64,000 nucleotides of DNA from a virus. The stretch covers positions 1-64,000 of the IMG/VR virus record IMGVR_UViG_3300048922_000467; one strand, 5' to 3'. Shown here piece after piece: positions 1 to 10,598 of this stretch (its first letter is position 1; each line of letters begins with the position of its first letter). The notes beneath the pieces were generated by a model, which was not told the origin of the DNA, searched no databases, and saw nothing but the letters and a program-made list of their open reading frames with translations. A program made the position numbers and the translations under genes.

Positions 1-795
1 ATGCCTACCATATTTTTGAGTCATAACTATCAAGACAAGCCGGTTGTAGAGCCAGTTGCTGCGGAGCTACGGAGAATCTACGGTCAGGATTCAGTTTTCT
101 ATGACGACTGGTCTATTCAGCCTGGCGACAGCATCATCGGTAAGATGAATGAAGGCCTTGCAGCGCCGGACTTCTTCTTTTTCTTTGTCACTGAAAACAG
201 CTTGAAAAGCGGCATGGTCGAGATGGAGTGGCAGAGCGCTCTATATCAAGCTGCCAAGGGAAAAATCACTTTTGTGCCGGTGCGTGTTGACGGGGCACCA
301 ATGCCAGCAATCGCAGTACATAGACTATTCATCGATATGTACACGAACGGCATTGAGTCAACCATTCAGCAGATCAAAGACCGGATCGCAGGCAAGACAG
401 ATTTCACACCGAAGCACTCGGATTTTTCAAATCTGACATACACGGTTGCGGGCGACCCGAGCAAAGAACTCAAGGTCACAGTAAAAGCGGCCCTGCTGCA
501 GGAGTCCAACCCTAAATTCATGTTCTTGGTCAAAAACGAGATGGATGACGTCTTCGTTTGGATTGAAGGTGCTGCCGGGATTCACTCTGGCCCACACCAG
601 AATGTGGATATTGAGGGCATCGGCAAAGCTGCAGGATTGATAGCCGCACCATTCACTGGGACTATTCGTCCAAATTTCCCTATCACATTCACCATCAAAC
701 CGAAGCCAGGATGCCCGCCTGTGGAGCTGCTGGATGTCCTTCACGAGACTAAGGCTGCTTTCTTCTCGCCGATCCCCCGCACCACCCTGCAGTAA
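1..795 (+). CDS. TIR-domain protein (TIR_2-like N-terminus plus beta-rich C-terminal domain), putative anti-phage
   Basis: IFLSH...VFYDDWSIQPGDSI...NEGL...S..V..EW TIR motifs including the catalytic Glu. Confidence 0.85.
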   Translation: MPTIFLSHNYQDKPVVEPVAAELRRIYGQDSVFYDDWSIQPGDSIIGKMNEGLAAPDFFFFFVTENSLKSGMVEMEWQSALYQAAKGKITFVPVRVDGAPMPAIAVHRLFIDMYTNGIESTIQQIKDRIAGKTDFTPKHSDFSNLTYTVAGDPSKELKVTVKAALLQESNPKFMFLVKNEMDDVFVWIEGAAGIHSGPHQNVDIEGIGKAAGLIAAPFTGTIRPNFPITFTIKPKPGCPPVELLDVLHETKAAFFSPIPRTTLQ

Positions 796-798
796 ACA

Positions 799-823
799 AA
801 AATCCCCGCGCTGCGGGGATTCT
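799..823. terminator. Intrinsic terminator hairpin between convergent TIR and tail-tip genes
   Basis: AAAATCCCCGC-gct-GCGGGGATT. Confidence 0.75.
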
Positions 824-845
824 AATTAATTTTCCTCAGCGCAAA

Positions 846-3218
846 TCAATCTGTCGCAGCCCTGGTTATGCGAACGATGATTGGGTCTGAGCCCACCCCG
901 GCGCTGTACGTGCTAACCCTAAACTCCAGCTCCCCCCGCAACACCCCACCATTGCTGCTCGCTTCCCCTTCAAAACTCCAGGCATTCCCGGTCAGGTTAT
1001 CCGACTGCTCAACCTTCACCCCTCCGGAATACACAGCAATCGACACGCTGCCAGCAAAGACTTGGTCACGATCGTCGGTATAGAAAGCCACCTCCTGCTC
1101 CCCCCCCGACCGGTACCGCCAGGTCACCTCTGCAAACCCAGAAATCTCCCCACCCGCAACCCCATTAACCAACACCCTCGCAGGCGGGAAAACCAGGTCA
1201 TTGACGGCTTTGACGACAAAGCTTCTTTCGACTGCTTCGGGCTCGGTCTGGCGACGGGTTTGAGTCTTGACCAGGGTTTTGAGGTACACCGCTGAGCCTG
1301 GTGCGAACTGGCCTTGAGTGATGCCATAGCCCTCGCTGACTGCCCAGACTTTCGTGCCTGGTAGGTGGGCTTTGGCGGTGCTACCGAAGAGAGCCCGTCT
1401 CACGTTCTTGAGCTGCGCGGTGCTGCTCGTGAGGATCGTGAAAGTCTCGTAGCTGAGCCATTCGCCGTTCACGTACAGGATGCCCAGGGCTTCACGGTTT
1501 TCGTTCTGGCTGTAGTTGTCCAGCATGCTGATGTCGCCGCTGATGATTGGGCCTGTGGCCAGGGTTGCAGGGCTTGCCGGCAGAGCTTCGGTGAGTTGGA
1601 AAACAGGCGTGAACGGGTAGTCGCCTTGCTCGCTCCAGGACTCGATTCCCTGCCGCGTTATGAGCTTGTAGTTCTGGCCGGCAGCGGGTTGCTCAGCGAG
1701 CACCATTAGCGTTCGAGTGAGGCCTGCAGTCTCGTTGAAAATTGATGGGGCTTCGACGACCAGGATGCTTGTTGGATCGACAGGCTCGAACACTGGCTTT
1801 GTCCAAGTTCGCTCGCCGCCGTCAGCGTAGACAGTATTTTGAACACCAAAAACGTCTTGGCTGAGCGTCAGTTTTATGGAACTGTCGTTCAGGCTCCCGA
1901 CGTCCACAGACATCACGCGCATGACCAAGCCTTGGACGTCTAATGGGGGCCAGTCGAGTGTTACCACGTCGAGCATTTCAATGTCGTACATGCTGCGATT
2001 GCACTCGACAATACAGCTGGCCAGTGGCACTGACAAAGGCCTAAGTTCTCGCTGCGCGACTTTGGCAGCAAGGGCCCCGGTCGAGATGCTCATGTAGTCG
2101 TAGCTGACGCCGTCGCTGTCGCCTTTGTGAATTCTGAGGCCGAGGTTTTGGGCCGTGGCCGTGCGCTCGGTGAAGCCATCCGCGATGGACATGTACTTTA
2201 TTTTGACTTCGTTCACGGCAGTGTCGAGGCTGCCCCGGTTGAAGTTGCTGACGCCCTTAATGTTCGAAGCGTCAAGGGCTGGCAGCTCGGCGATAACATA
2301 GTCCTCGCGAGCCAGTTTCAGCTTGAGCTTGCCAGTGGCCGCGTCAGTGACGAGAGATCCATTAATGACTTTGAGAATGTCGTCGATGACCGCTGACGCC
2401 TGTTTTGCAGAGTCGACCGCGCCGCTGACCCCATACCCTTCGTCTTTTAGGGTTTGGGCGCATGCTTCGATCGTTGCTAAGTCGACCAGGGTGGCTGATA
2501 TCGAGGCTCCAAAGCGTTTGTCAGTCAGGAGTTCATGGATGACGTAGGCCGGGTTTGCGTCATCACCGATGACTTCCAGGGTTGTGTTGCCGCCAGGTGA
2601 CTTGGGGAATCTGCTGCAGACGAAGGACACCTTTGCGGGCGTTTCAGTGTTGCCGATGTAAAACTGCTCAAGGACGGCATAGCAAACGCCGCGCAAGCCA
2701 GAAACGAGGTCGACACCAACCACCCGCTGCAGGTAAGCGTTCGCCTTCTGGAGTAGCCCACCGTTGTAGAAGCTGACGGTACCCTGAACTCCGCCGCCGC
2801 TCTCTTCGCCGCCGAACAAATCAGGCTTGTTGATAGTGAAAGAACCAGAGGTCACTTGACCAGACCAGGCTTTATCGTCGTCAAACCAAACTTCACGCAG
2901 GGTAACGTCCGGGCCGTGGCAGATCCCCAACTGGACACCCATGTAATACTTGTACCCAATGGTCATCTTCTTGGAAGAGAACCCTGACTTGACCTTTTTG
3001 GTGATCTCTTTTGAACGAAGATCCCCATACCAAAGAACGTTGGCACCGCCAAGCTTTCGAGTACCGTACAGAACCTGAATCGGTCTCTCTGCCGCAGTCG
3101 GGAAAGTGAAATCTTCTAATCCAGCAGGATTGCGGTCATCTTTTACTTTGCTGCCAATAAACATCATTGCGACGGCGATAACCATCATGATTATTTGGAA
3201 AATGGCTAAGGCGCCCAT
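846..3218 (-). CDS. Tail tip / host-specificity (central tail hub) protein
   Basis: 790 aa; FPTA..RPI.VLYGT...NVLWYGD, GY.YYMG..LGICHGP, DANPA.VI motifs; last gene of tail operon. Confidence 0.85.
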   Translation of the reverse strand: MGALAIFQIIMMVIAVAMMFIGSKVKDDRNPAGLEDFTFPTAAERPIQVLYGTRKLGGANVLWYGDLRSKEITKKVKSGFSSKKMTIGYKYYMGVQLGICHGPDVTLREVWFDDDKAWSGQVTSGSFTINKPDLFGGEESGGGVQGTVSFYNGGLLQKANAYLQRVVGVDLVSGLRGVCYAVLEQFYIGNTETPAKVSFVCSRFPKSPGGNTTLEVIGDDANPAYVIHELLTDKRFGASISATLVDLATIEACAQTLKDEGYGVSGAVDSAKQASAVIDDILKVINGSLVTDAATGKLKLKLAREDYVIAELPALDASNIKGVSNFNRGSLDTAVNEVKIKYMSIADGFTERTATAQNLGLRIHKGDSDGVSYDYMSISTGALAAKVAQRELRPLSVPLASCIVECNRSMYDIEMLDVVTLDWPPLDVQGLVMRVMSVDVGSLNDSSIKLTLSQDVFGVQNTVYADGGERTWTKPVFEPVDPTSILVVEAPSIFNETAGLTRTLMVLAEQPAAGQNYKLITRQGIESWSEQGDYPFTPVFQLTEALPASPATLATGPIISGDISMLDNYSQNENREALGILYVNGEWLSYETFTILTSSTAQLKNVRRALFGSTAKAHLPGTKVWAVSEGYGITQGQFAPGSAVYLKTLVKTQTRRQTEPEAVERSFVVKAVNDLVFPPARVLVNGVAGGEISGFAEVTWRYRSGGEQEVAFYTDDRDQVFAGSVSIAVYSGGVKVEQSDNLTGNAWSFEGEASSNGGVLRGELEFRVSTYSAGVGSDPIIVRITRAATD

Positions 3219-3235
3219 TGGGTTTCTTCTTATTT

Positions 3236-4036
3236 TTATAGGAATGGGTTTTCATCAGGAATGGTCAGGCATCCTGAGAAGTTGTCAAAGTTGTTGAACG
3301 ACTGGCAGGCCTTGGCTGATCTGTCACAGCCCTTAGCTAGTTTCACCTGGCTGCCGGCGCTTAGAGAGTCCATGCCGGAGATCATGGTGACGCTGTTCTC
3401 GGCTGGATTCACTTCCAAGATCATTCGATAGTCAGTTTCGTCAAACGAGACCAGGCCAGCTAAGTAGTAATCAGCTTCGTGATTGAGATCTGATAAGAAG
3501 ATTTTGGCGCCGCCGTCTTCGACTTTCAGGACTGTCTGGGTTTCTTGGTATTGCGTGATATCAAGGGTGCAGAGGTCGTCGTAAAGGTGGTGGTTGCACT
3601 GGCTCTGATACCCAAACCTCAGGATCTGACGACGGAGCAAGGCGCTTGCTGGGTTACAGGTCAGCGTAGCGATGCTGTTGTTCCATGCGACAGCACTGAC
3701 TTCGCCAGCAAAGACATTCACATACAGGCTCTTGTCGTCGCGTTGGGATCTGAAGATTTTGAGGTTTACGTGCTTGGCAGGCAGATGCGAGCGGAACAGC
3801 AAAGGGACTGGTGAATCGCCAGGCAAGTCTATTGTCAGCTGGTTTTTGTAGTCTTCTGCTGTCCGCTGGACTTTGCCACGCTTCATTGCCAAGGGTTCGT
3901 AAATAATGCCATCAGTGTGAAGATGAGCCTTGGAGCTGGAGGTGTAGGCGTAGAACTGTGAGCCGAACTCGAACAGATATAGCTCGACAGGCTTGTTAAG
4001 TGAGAGTGACCTCTCGATCGATTTCAGAGTCAACAT
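3236..4036 (-). CDS. DUF2163/BR0599-family tail tip protein (Cys-containing, lambda gpL-like)
   Basis: PVELY.F N-terminus; C..LYD..C and GCD....C..FNN..NF.G C-terminus. Confidence 0.85.
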   Translation of the reverse strand: MLTLKSIERSLSLNKPVELYLFEFGSQFYAYTSSSKAHLHTDGIIYEPLAMKRGKVQRTAEDYKNQLTIDLPGDSPVPLLFRSHLPAKHVNLKIFRSQRDDKSLYVNVFAGEVSAVAWNNSIATLTCNPASALLRRQILRFGYQSQCNHHLYDDLCTLDITQYQETQTVLKVEDGGAKIFLSDLNHEADYYLAGLVSFDETDYRMILEVNPAENSVTMISGMDSLSAGSQVKLAKGCDRSAKACQSFNNFDNFSGCLTIPDENPFL

Positions 4037-5681
4037 AGATCAGCTGCTTTATTATTTTTGTTATGGAGCTGTCAGCAGGCGTATCGAAAGTGTGAGCAAA
4101 CTCATCAGACTCGAAACGACCTAGAAATAGAGGCGCTATGTATTCAATGTCATCGATTTTGATGTTTTCGACTGGCTCCTGAAGCGTAACTACTTCGGTG
4201 TTGTCCTGACCTTGGATCGCACTGTCGACGTTTCGATATAGCACAGTTCCATTATACAACTTGAGTGCAATCGCCGGGGCAAAGGTGTTGGACTTCAGGA
4301 AGTTTTTGTAGTTAGCCTCGCCAATGGTGATTTCCAGGGTCGCTGCTTCGATATCTTTAGCAAGTCTCATGGAAACTAGCGCGCTCTCGATATAGAACTC
4401 GCCCTGAGCACCTCGTTCAAGCTCTGCAAAGTCATCAAAGCGCTTTCGGGAACTCTGGTCAAAGAATCTCCAACTGTACTGGAGATATTTCACTGCGCCC
4501 TGCACGCGATCGTGGATGAAGCGCCTACCGATAGCTGGGTCTAGTGTTTCCCTCAAGCGTTTGTATTGAATAGTGCAGTCTTTTGAGCGGTCGGGCCTAA
4601 TGTCTAACACCCGTCGATTGTTAAACATGGTGAAGTTGTCAACTGGAGCAGGACGAAGCAGCTCGACTTCGTCGAAATCTAACGATACCCCCGTTATCTC
4701 TACATCCATGCCATGCGCAACTGATGAAACGTCTTCACCGATCCAGGCCTGGCTTACTGGAATCAGGCGAGAGCCGCTTCGATAGTTTTTCTTGACCAAA
4801 TCACCAAAGACCACTTCCCTGCCAGCAACTGACGCAACCTTGCACACTTCCCACGTATCAGCGTCAGACAACATCACTCGGCAGCCTGGCACGACCCATG
4901 CGCTCAGATCGGACACAATGGCTTTGCTTTCAAACCTCGAAACAGGCTCTGCGAGCTCGGACTGAAACGGCCAGAGAGGCACCAGGTACCGGCCTGAAAA
5001 ATTGCCTACAAGGTTGCTGAAGAGGTACTGATCCGCATCAGCCAGGCCAAACTGGTAAGTGGCCGACAGCCGAGGTTGGTCACGAAGGGAAATCCTCTGT
5101 TCAATGCCACTCCAGCTCTCGATCGTCTCCGTCAAGTAGGTGTGCCGAAGCTCCGGCTGCATGCTCCAGTCGATCTGAAAGTGCAGCACGATGGCTTGTG
5201 AGGCGCTCAGCTTGAAATCGTATGAGCCTGCAGATCCGAAATCGAAGGCCGCTCTGTATGACGTATCGCTGTTTGTTTGGTTAAGAGAAACCAGGTATTT
5301 CGTCGACTCAAAGGCGTTTACAGAGCCAGATTTAGTGCCAGTCAGCTCGACGCTATCCCCCCCAAACTCCGCGATGCCCTGGAGCTCAATGCTCGATCGA
5401 TAGGTGTGCCAGAACGAAAACTCAAAACTCTCGTCGCCGGTAACGAGGCCTGCATCAATCACTGCCGGCGATACGAAAACATTGTCGAAAAACACGTCTC
5501 CCCACCCGCCAGCTTCGAGCCCTTGCCAGGCCATGTTCAAACCCGAATAGCCGACGTAACCATACCCACCTCGCACCATTTTTCGGGTGGCGATAGGCCG
5601 AGATCCGAGCACGAAGTCATACCCGGCGTAGCCAGGATCTTTCGCAGAGATCGACAGAAACCGTGGTGAGATCTTAGACAT
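3996..5681 (-). CDS. Virion structural / distal tail protein
   Basis: 561 aa in tail operon; EQRISLR..PR motif typical of Pseudomonas siphophage tail proteins. Confidence 0.7.
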   Translation of the reverse strand: MSKISPRFLSISAKDPGYAGYDFVLGSRPIATRKMVRGGYGYVGYSGLNMAWQGLEAGGWGDVFFDNVFVSPAVIDAGLVTGDESFEFSFWHTYRSSIELQGIAEFGGDSVELTGTKSGSVNAFESTKYLVSLNQTNSDTSYRAAFDFGSAGSYDFKLSASQAIVLHFQIDWSMQPELRHTYLTETIESWSGIEQRISLRDQPRLSATYQFGLADADQYLFSNLVGNFSGRYLVPLWPFQSELAEPVSRFESKAIVSDLSAWVVPGCRVMLSDADTWEVCKVASVAGREVVFGDLVKKNYRSGSRLIPVSQAWIGEDVSSVAHGMDVEITGVSLDFDEVELLRPAPVDNFTMFNNRRVLDIRPDRSKDCTIQYKRLRETLDPAIGRRFIHDRVQGAVKYLQYSWRFFDQSSRKRFDDFAELERGAQGEFYIESALVSMRLAKDIEAATLEITIGEANYKNFLKSNTFAPAIALKLYNGTVLYRNVDSAIQGQDNTEVVTLQEPVENIKIDDIEYIAPLFLGRFESDEFAHTFDTPADSSITKIIKQLIYVDSEIDREVTLT

Positions 5682-6618
5682 CGACCTTCACCGCAAAGCC
5701 CAACTGGTACAGAGGCCCAGTGCGAACAGCCGGGATCTGCTTGCCCAGGAACGGGAGAATTTTGAAGGTCTGGTCACCCACCACGTAGTCTTGCTCAGCG
5801 GCCATCAGATCGCAGCTCACGAAAAACAGATCGCTGAACTCCGAGTACGGGCACCAGGCGCCGCTGTGCCTCACATACATGTAAATCGGCATCAGTCCAG
5901 ACAGCCCATTCAACCTATTCGAGCTTCTCGCCGAGCTTCCGACGCTCCCAATCTGACTCGTCGATCCTGGGCTGAAATTTGGCACTCGAACAAGGTTGGA
6001 TGACGAGAACGATGGGCAGATGCCTTGGTTTGCGATGTAGCTATCGTTAGTCAGCCAGCCCGTGAAATCAGACTTCACGACTCGCACGGAGGTGGTGTCT
6101 GTCAACGTGTCAAAAGGCACAGACCACTCAGCAAATTTTGCCCCCTGCGTGCCCGCTAAGAACTGCCCACCAGTGCCACCGACATGGGTGTTGAGCAAGC
6201 CAAACAGGACGTGGGAGTACCTGCCAGTTTCGTACTCCGCAACCAGAACAACCTTGGAAGCGTCCGTGAACAAGTGATACACCCCAGAAGCCCCGGTTTG
6301 CACGTAGCGTCCGACTGACGAAAACCCTGGCTGTTCGTACCAGACGCTCGAAGCGCTGTAGCCAGTGCTGACGCGAATATCAATGCCAGTCTTCCCAAAT
6401 CCAGTGGCTTTAACATCACGCGCAGGATCGTAGTCATCGAAGTTCCGGAGGCTCACATACACATCACCACGGTGCAGGTGCAGACGCTTACCAAAGGTCG
6501 TGTCAGCAGCATCCACGTAGACATGAGAATCAGCGATCCAGCCCTCGGCAACGAGCTTGTCTTTAACGAGCTGCAGTAGGTTTTCGGACGATGAGTATGA
6601 GCCGGTCTGGTATTTCAT
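5674..6618 (-). CDS. Virion structural (minor tail) protein
   Basis: MKYQTGS...L...GW N-terminus; position after tape measure. Confidence 0.65.
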   Translation of the reverse strand: MKYQTGSYSSSENLLQLVKDKLVAEGWIADSHVYVDAADTTFGKRLHLHRGDVYVSLRNFDDYDPARDVKATGFGKTGIDIRVSTGYSASSVWYEQPGFSSVGRYVQTGASGVYHLFTDASKVVLVAEYETGRYSHVLFGLLNTHVGGTGGQFLAGTQGAKFAEWSVPFDTLTDTTSVRVVKSDFTGWLTNDSYIANQGICPSFSSSNLVRVPNFSPGSTSQIGSVGSSARSSNRLNGLSGLMPIYMYVRHSGAWCPYSEFSDLFFVSCDLMAAEQDYVVGDQTFKILPFLGKQIPAVRTGPLYQLGFAVKVDV

Positions 6619-7490
6619 TATGCGAGCCTGAAAGCGTAGTACTGCGACCCGCGAAACACGTTGGGCACGAGCAGATATTGAATGGAATCGATGGTGATGA
6701 CGGACTCAGCAGAAGCGCCCGCATTGCTGCATGCAAAGATGCCGTCGAGGTATCCCAGCCACAGACCATCATCAGTGCCTTCACCCGTCGCGGGAGAGCC
6801 TGATACAAGCATGGCGCTGTAGATTACGTGATCACCAGCAAGGGTCTTACCTAGCCCACCAACTCCGCCGTCAAAAGGCCAGGCGTACGCATAGTCCGTG
6901 CTGTAGGTTGGTTTGAAGTCCAGGGTGTCGCTCCCGCCGCTTTTTGCAACAGCTTGCCAACCGCCGCCAGGTAGGCAGACTTGACCAGGCCGAGATGTGC
7001 CTCCGTACCACGGGTACGCGCAAGCCTGTGTGGTAGTTGAAGACCAAAGCTCTGCATCACCACTTCCACCCGCAAAACACGGGAACGGATACGACTCAGT
7101 ATTCGCAAACGGCAGCAGCAAGCCCAGGTAAAAACTGTGATAGGAATTGGAGATCCGGCACACCCCCGCCAGGCGCCTTTCCGACACCGACAACCAGCAC
7201 TGGAAGCTTTGGTCATGCAGCGGCACCCTGGGTAGCTTGTACCCGCCGACAGGTGTCTTGATTGCACCAATCTGATCCGCAATAGCACGAGCCGGATCGA
7301 ACGAACGGAACGCCTGGAGCTCGACGTTAACCCCGTCGATAAGCAGCGCCACGTACCCACCAGATGGAATTCGAAGCACCTTAAAAGAAGCAGAATCCGA
7401 CTCAACAACCCACCCCTCAGCCTGTGCGTTGGCAAGGATTTTGGTCACAAAGTCGGTGTGGGATGCAGCAGTGAAAGTGTAGAGAGCCAT
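6618..7490 (-). CDS. Virion structural (minor tail) protein
   Basis: Paralog-like to the neighbouring gene; YP.P.F.GGS and G.LDG motifs; directly after tape measure. Confidence 0.65.
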   Translation of the reverse strand: MALYTFTAASHTDFVTKILANAQAEGWVVESDSASFKVLRIPSGGYVALLIDGVNVELQAFRSFDPARAIADQIGAIKTPVGGYKLPRVPLHDQSFQCWLSVSERRLAGVCRISNSYHSFYLGLLLPFANTESYPFPCFAGGSGDAELWSSTTTQACAYPWYGGTSRPGQVCLPGGGWQAVAKSGGSDTLDFKPTYSTDYAYAWPFDGGVGGLGKTLAGDHVIYSAMLVSGSPATGEGTDDGLWLGYLDGIFACSNAGASAESVITIDSIQYLLVPNVFRGSQYYAFRLA

Positions 7491-7527
7491 GTTGTTTTTC
7501 TTGTTGGCTTTTTATTTATTATAGCAC

Positions 7528-10296
7528 TTACATGCTTTTGATTTCAGAGCGATTTGCGCGAATGTGATTCATGATTACGCGCTCGCCGTCGGGGCCTTCT
7601 AGAGCTGATGCGATACTTGGGGAGTCCAGGACGTTGTTGATCGTAACCCGCTGCTGGCTACCACCCGATCCACCTTGTGAAAGGAGCTGGTCATTCCTGC
7701 GTTGCTCGGCTTTTGTCATGACCTTTTCGCCATCCTGAAGTACTGCCAGTCCCTCATCAGCGTTGAGACCAGAGGAAGCTGTCAAAGTACGGAATCGACC
7801 ACCACCAGAGCCGAAGATGCCACCGTCATGGTGAACCGGCAGCTTAACCGAGCTCGCTGCGCTAGAGGCCGTCCCGACGGCTGTTGAGCCCCCACCGGTT
7901 ACCATTCCCAGCATTGACTGGATGGCATACTGAACCATCAGCTGAGCGATGACCTGAAGAATCGTGCTAATCATCGCAGAGCCCATATCAGCGAAAGCCT
8001 CTCTCGCACTTTTCGACCCATTGACGATGCTAGTGAATGCGTCACCCAGGCCAGTAGACATGCTCGACTGCACATCTTTCCAAGTTTTGCTAAAGCTGAA
8101 GACCTCGGACTTAGCGGCCTCCAACGAGTCTTTCGTTCGATCAACATCGGTTTCGTTGCCCGTTGTCTCTGCAGCCTTTTGTCCACGCTCGCCCAGAGCA
8201 TTCACTTGGGTCAGGTAGTCTTTCGACGAGATCTGGTTGTTTTCCAGCTTCCGTTTCAGTGCCGCGTATCGCCGGTCAATCTCATCCAACTCTGCTTTCG
8301 CTTTCTTTGCCGCGACCAGATCTGCAGCAGCCGTTGAGTCCTCACCCATGGCCTCCAAAATGCGTTTGGTGTCAGCGAAATCACGCTCGATCTCAAGCAA
8401 GTCAGCTTTGTAATCAGAGCCACGGATGCGCAGCAGATCGACCTGGAGCTGATCTTTGATCGCCTGCACCTGGGCCTGTGAATCGGCAAGCGCAGAAGCC
8501 CTGTCAGCCCTCAGCACAGCCTCCTGGTTCGCCAGCTGAGACGTCAGGTTTACCTGCTCTTGGCGCTTCAACGTGATCTGAGATTCGATGTCAGCGATCG
8601 CACCAAGCGCAGTGCCACGCTCCGAATCAATGGTCGACTGACCCAGGACTTTTCGCTGTGCCGCGAGCTGGGCCTGCAGCACCTTCAAGTCTTCACCGAT
8701 CGAGGCTTTGCGCTGATCGCTGATCTCGCGGTTTGCTTTCAAATCGATAGCCAGGCGCTGATCTGCAATCTCGCTGGCAGTGAGTTTTTCTGCAGTTGCG
8801 CGGACGTCCAGGGCTTTCTGATCGAGCTGCTGCTGCGTCTGAATTCGCTCGATGTTCTTATCGATGGCCATCTTCGCGAGATCGGCCTGGAGCTTGGCCT
8901 GAGTCGCTGCCAAGGTTGCTGCGGTCTGCGTATTTGTCAGTGCGTTTTTGGCATCGCCGCCCTTGCTCGTGCCAAGTTTTGCTCGCTCCTGGTCTTGCTT
9001 CACCAGGGCTTCGTTCGCTTTGTTCAGTTCGTCGCCGCGAGCCAGAATTTGCTGAGTGAACCCCTTGATCGCACCGACAGTTCCTCCCTCGCCAGTAGCA
9101 AAGGCTTTCGTGGCTTGCTGGCCAAGCTGATCGGCGACCTTACTCAACTTGTCGACTTCAGCAGCCGCGCCCGTCAGCATTCCGCCTAGGTTGATGGTTA
9201 CGGGCTTGTTGAGCTCTGTTGCATAGCTGCTTATCGACTTCTGGACGCCCTCCATGGCCGCCGCCATCGAGCTCGCCATGCTGCCTGGAATCTTATCGAG
9301 CAACGCTTTGATGCCAGGTACGAAGCTGTTGGCAACAAGATTGAGGACGTCTGCAAATGCCTGGCGATAGAACGTGACAAAGCTGCCAGCAAACTTACCC
9401 ACGTAGGTGAGGATGGTGTCGATGCCAAGCAGGAAGAATTTGACAAAATCCGACCCGTAAGTGACCAGGCCGAAGAACACCGCGTACAGACCATCGACAG
9501 CCTGGCCAAGCTTCGCCATACCGTTACCGGTCGCTTCGATAACAGATCTCCAGATTTCTCGACCGGAGCTCCCCATCTTGTCCATGTCCGAGGACGCTTG
9601 GGTCGTGCCCTGGGTGATCATCTCGAACAGGGCCTGAATTTCCGGAGCAGCGTCAGCAACGCCCCGTTTGAACCCAATTGAAATAGTGCTCGTGAGCTCG
9701 TTGAAGGAGCGATTCATCTGCTCGACGCTTTTGGCGTCCAGGCTGTTGAGGGTCAGGCCCGCTTGCTTAGCGCTCGCCATCAGCTCCTTCATTTTCCCGG
9801 AGCCGTCTTGTAGGAGCGGGAGCAAATTGCGTAGATTGTCTGAGCCAATCTGATCAAGGAACGTGAATTGAGCAGACGTTGACATGCCCTTCATCACGTC
9901 CGAGATTTTTTGAAGTTGCTCCAGTGGGTTGAGCTTCATGAACTCAGCGCTAGATGTCTTCATAATCTGGAAGAAGTCGATCGCACCACCTGATTGGATC
10001 GAATTCATTTCTTCGATTTTTATCCGGACTTCTTCAAGGGCATCAACCAGTTGTTCCGCACCAACCCCGGTAGTCTTGAATGCAGCATATTGAGCAGCGG
10101 TAAGATCCTCTACAGTTACCCCCAGGCGGCGAGCAGCAACATCCAGCTCGGTAAGCTGACTTACTGTTTCTTTAATTGCACTTGCGCCTGCAAAAGCAGC
10201 AATGAGCCCGGCAATCTTAGCAGTAGCACTACTAAGGCCTTTGGACATGTCGTCACGGGCTCGCAGAACGAGCTGAATAATTGTACTTCCAGCCAT
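7528..10296 (-). CDS. Tape measure protein (prophage A)
   Basis: 922 aa, Ala-rich helical; C-terminal HDGG...E.LAVLQ.GE.V motif; follows tail chaperones. Confidence 0.9.
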   Translation of the reverse strand: MAGSTIIQLVLRARDDMSKGLSSATAKIAGLIAAFAGASAIKETVSQLTELDVAARRLGVTVEDLTAAQYAAFKTTGVGAEQLVDALEEVRIKIEEMNSIQSGGAIDFFQIMKTSSAEFMKLNPLEQLQKISDVMKGMSTSAQFTFLDQIGSDNLRNLLPLLQDGSGKMKELMASAKQAGLTLNSLDAKSVEQMNRSFNELTSTISIGFKRGVADAAPEIQALFEMITQGTTQASSDMDKMGSSGREIWRSVIEATGNGMAKLGQAVDGLYAVFFGLVTYGSDFVKFFLLGIDTILTYVGKFAGSFVTFYRQAFADVLNLVANSFVPGIKALLDKIPGSMASSMAAAMEGVQKSISSYATELNKPVTINLGGMLTGAAAEVDKLSKVADQLGQQATKAFATGEGGTVGAIKGFTQQILARGDELNKANEALVKQDQERAKLGTSKGGDAKNALTNTQTAATLAATQAKLQADLAKMAIDKNIERIQTQQQLDQKALDVRATAEKLTASEIADQRLAIDLKANREISDQRKASIGEDLKVLQAQLAAQRKVLGQSTIDSERGTALGAIADIESQITLKRQEQVNLTSQLANQEAVLRADRASALADSQAQVQAIKDQLQVDLLRIRGSDYKADLLEIERDFADTKRILEAMGEDSTAAADLVAAKKAKAELDEIDRRYAALKRKLENNQISSKDYLTQVNALGERGQKAAETTGNETDVDRTKDSLEAAKSEVFSFSKTWKDVQSSMSTGLGDAFTSIVNGSKSAREAFADMGSAMISTILQVIAQLMVQYAIQSMLGMVTGGGSTAVGTASSAASSVKLPVHHDGGIFGSGGGRFRTLTASSGLNADEGLAVLQDGEKVMTKAEQRRNDQLLSQGGSGGSQQRVTINNVLDSPSIASALEGPDGERVIMNHIRANRSEIKSM

Positions 10297-10299
10297 TTG

Positions 10300-10527
10300 T
10301 TATTCTTCTTTTTGGCTTAATTGGTCGATTAGATTCTTGAACTCTTTCCCGTCGCCTGTCGCAATTGCAATGCGAGACATATGGTCAGCGATGATCCGGG
10401 TCATTAGCTGGTCACGCAGACGCTCTTTATGAACGCCAACCAAATGCAACAGGCGCTTAATTGAGTACTGGTAGGGATTCAGCCCGGCATGACCATTTGC
10501 TATCAGCAGCTCGCAGCAATCGATCAA
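10300..10527 (-). CDS. Tail assembly chaperone GT C-terminal part (reached by -1 frameshift)
   Basis: The -1 frame from CTA AAA AAA AG is open into IDCCELLI... Confidence 0.8.
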   Translation of the reverse strand: MIDCCELLIANGHAGLNPYQYSIKRLLHLVGVHKERLRDQLMTRIIADHMSRIAIATGDGKEFKNLIDQLSQKEE

Positions 10528-10598
10528 GACAAGCGCGAACTGCTCAGGGTCTTGTTCTTCAGTAGGCTTAGATTTTTTCCTTGCCGCTTCAAACTGAG

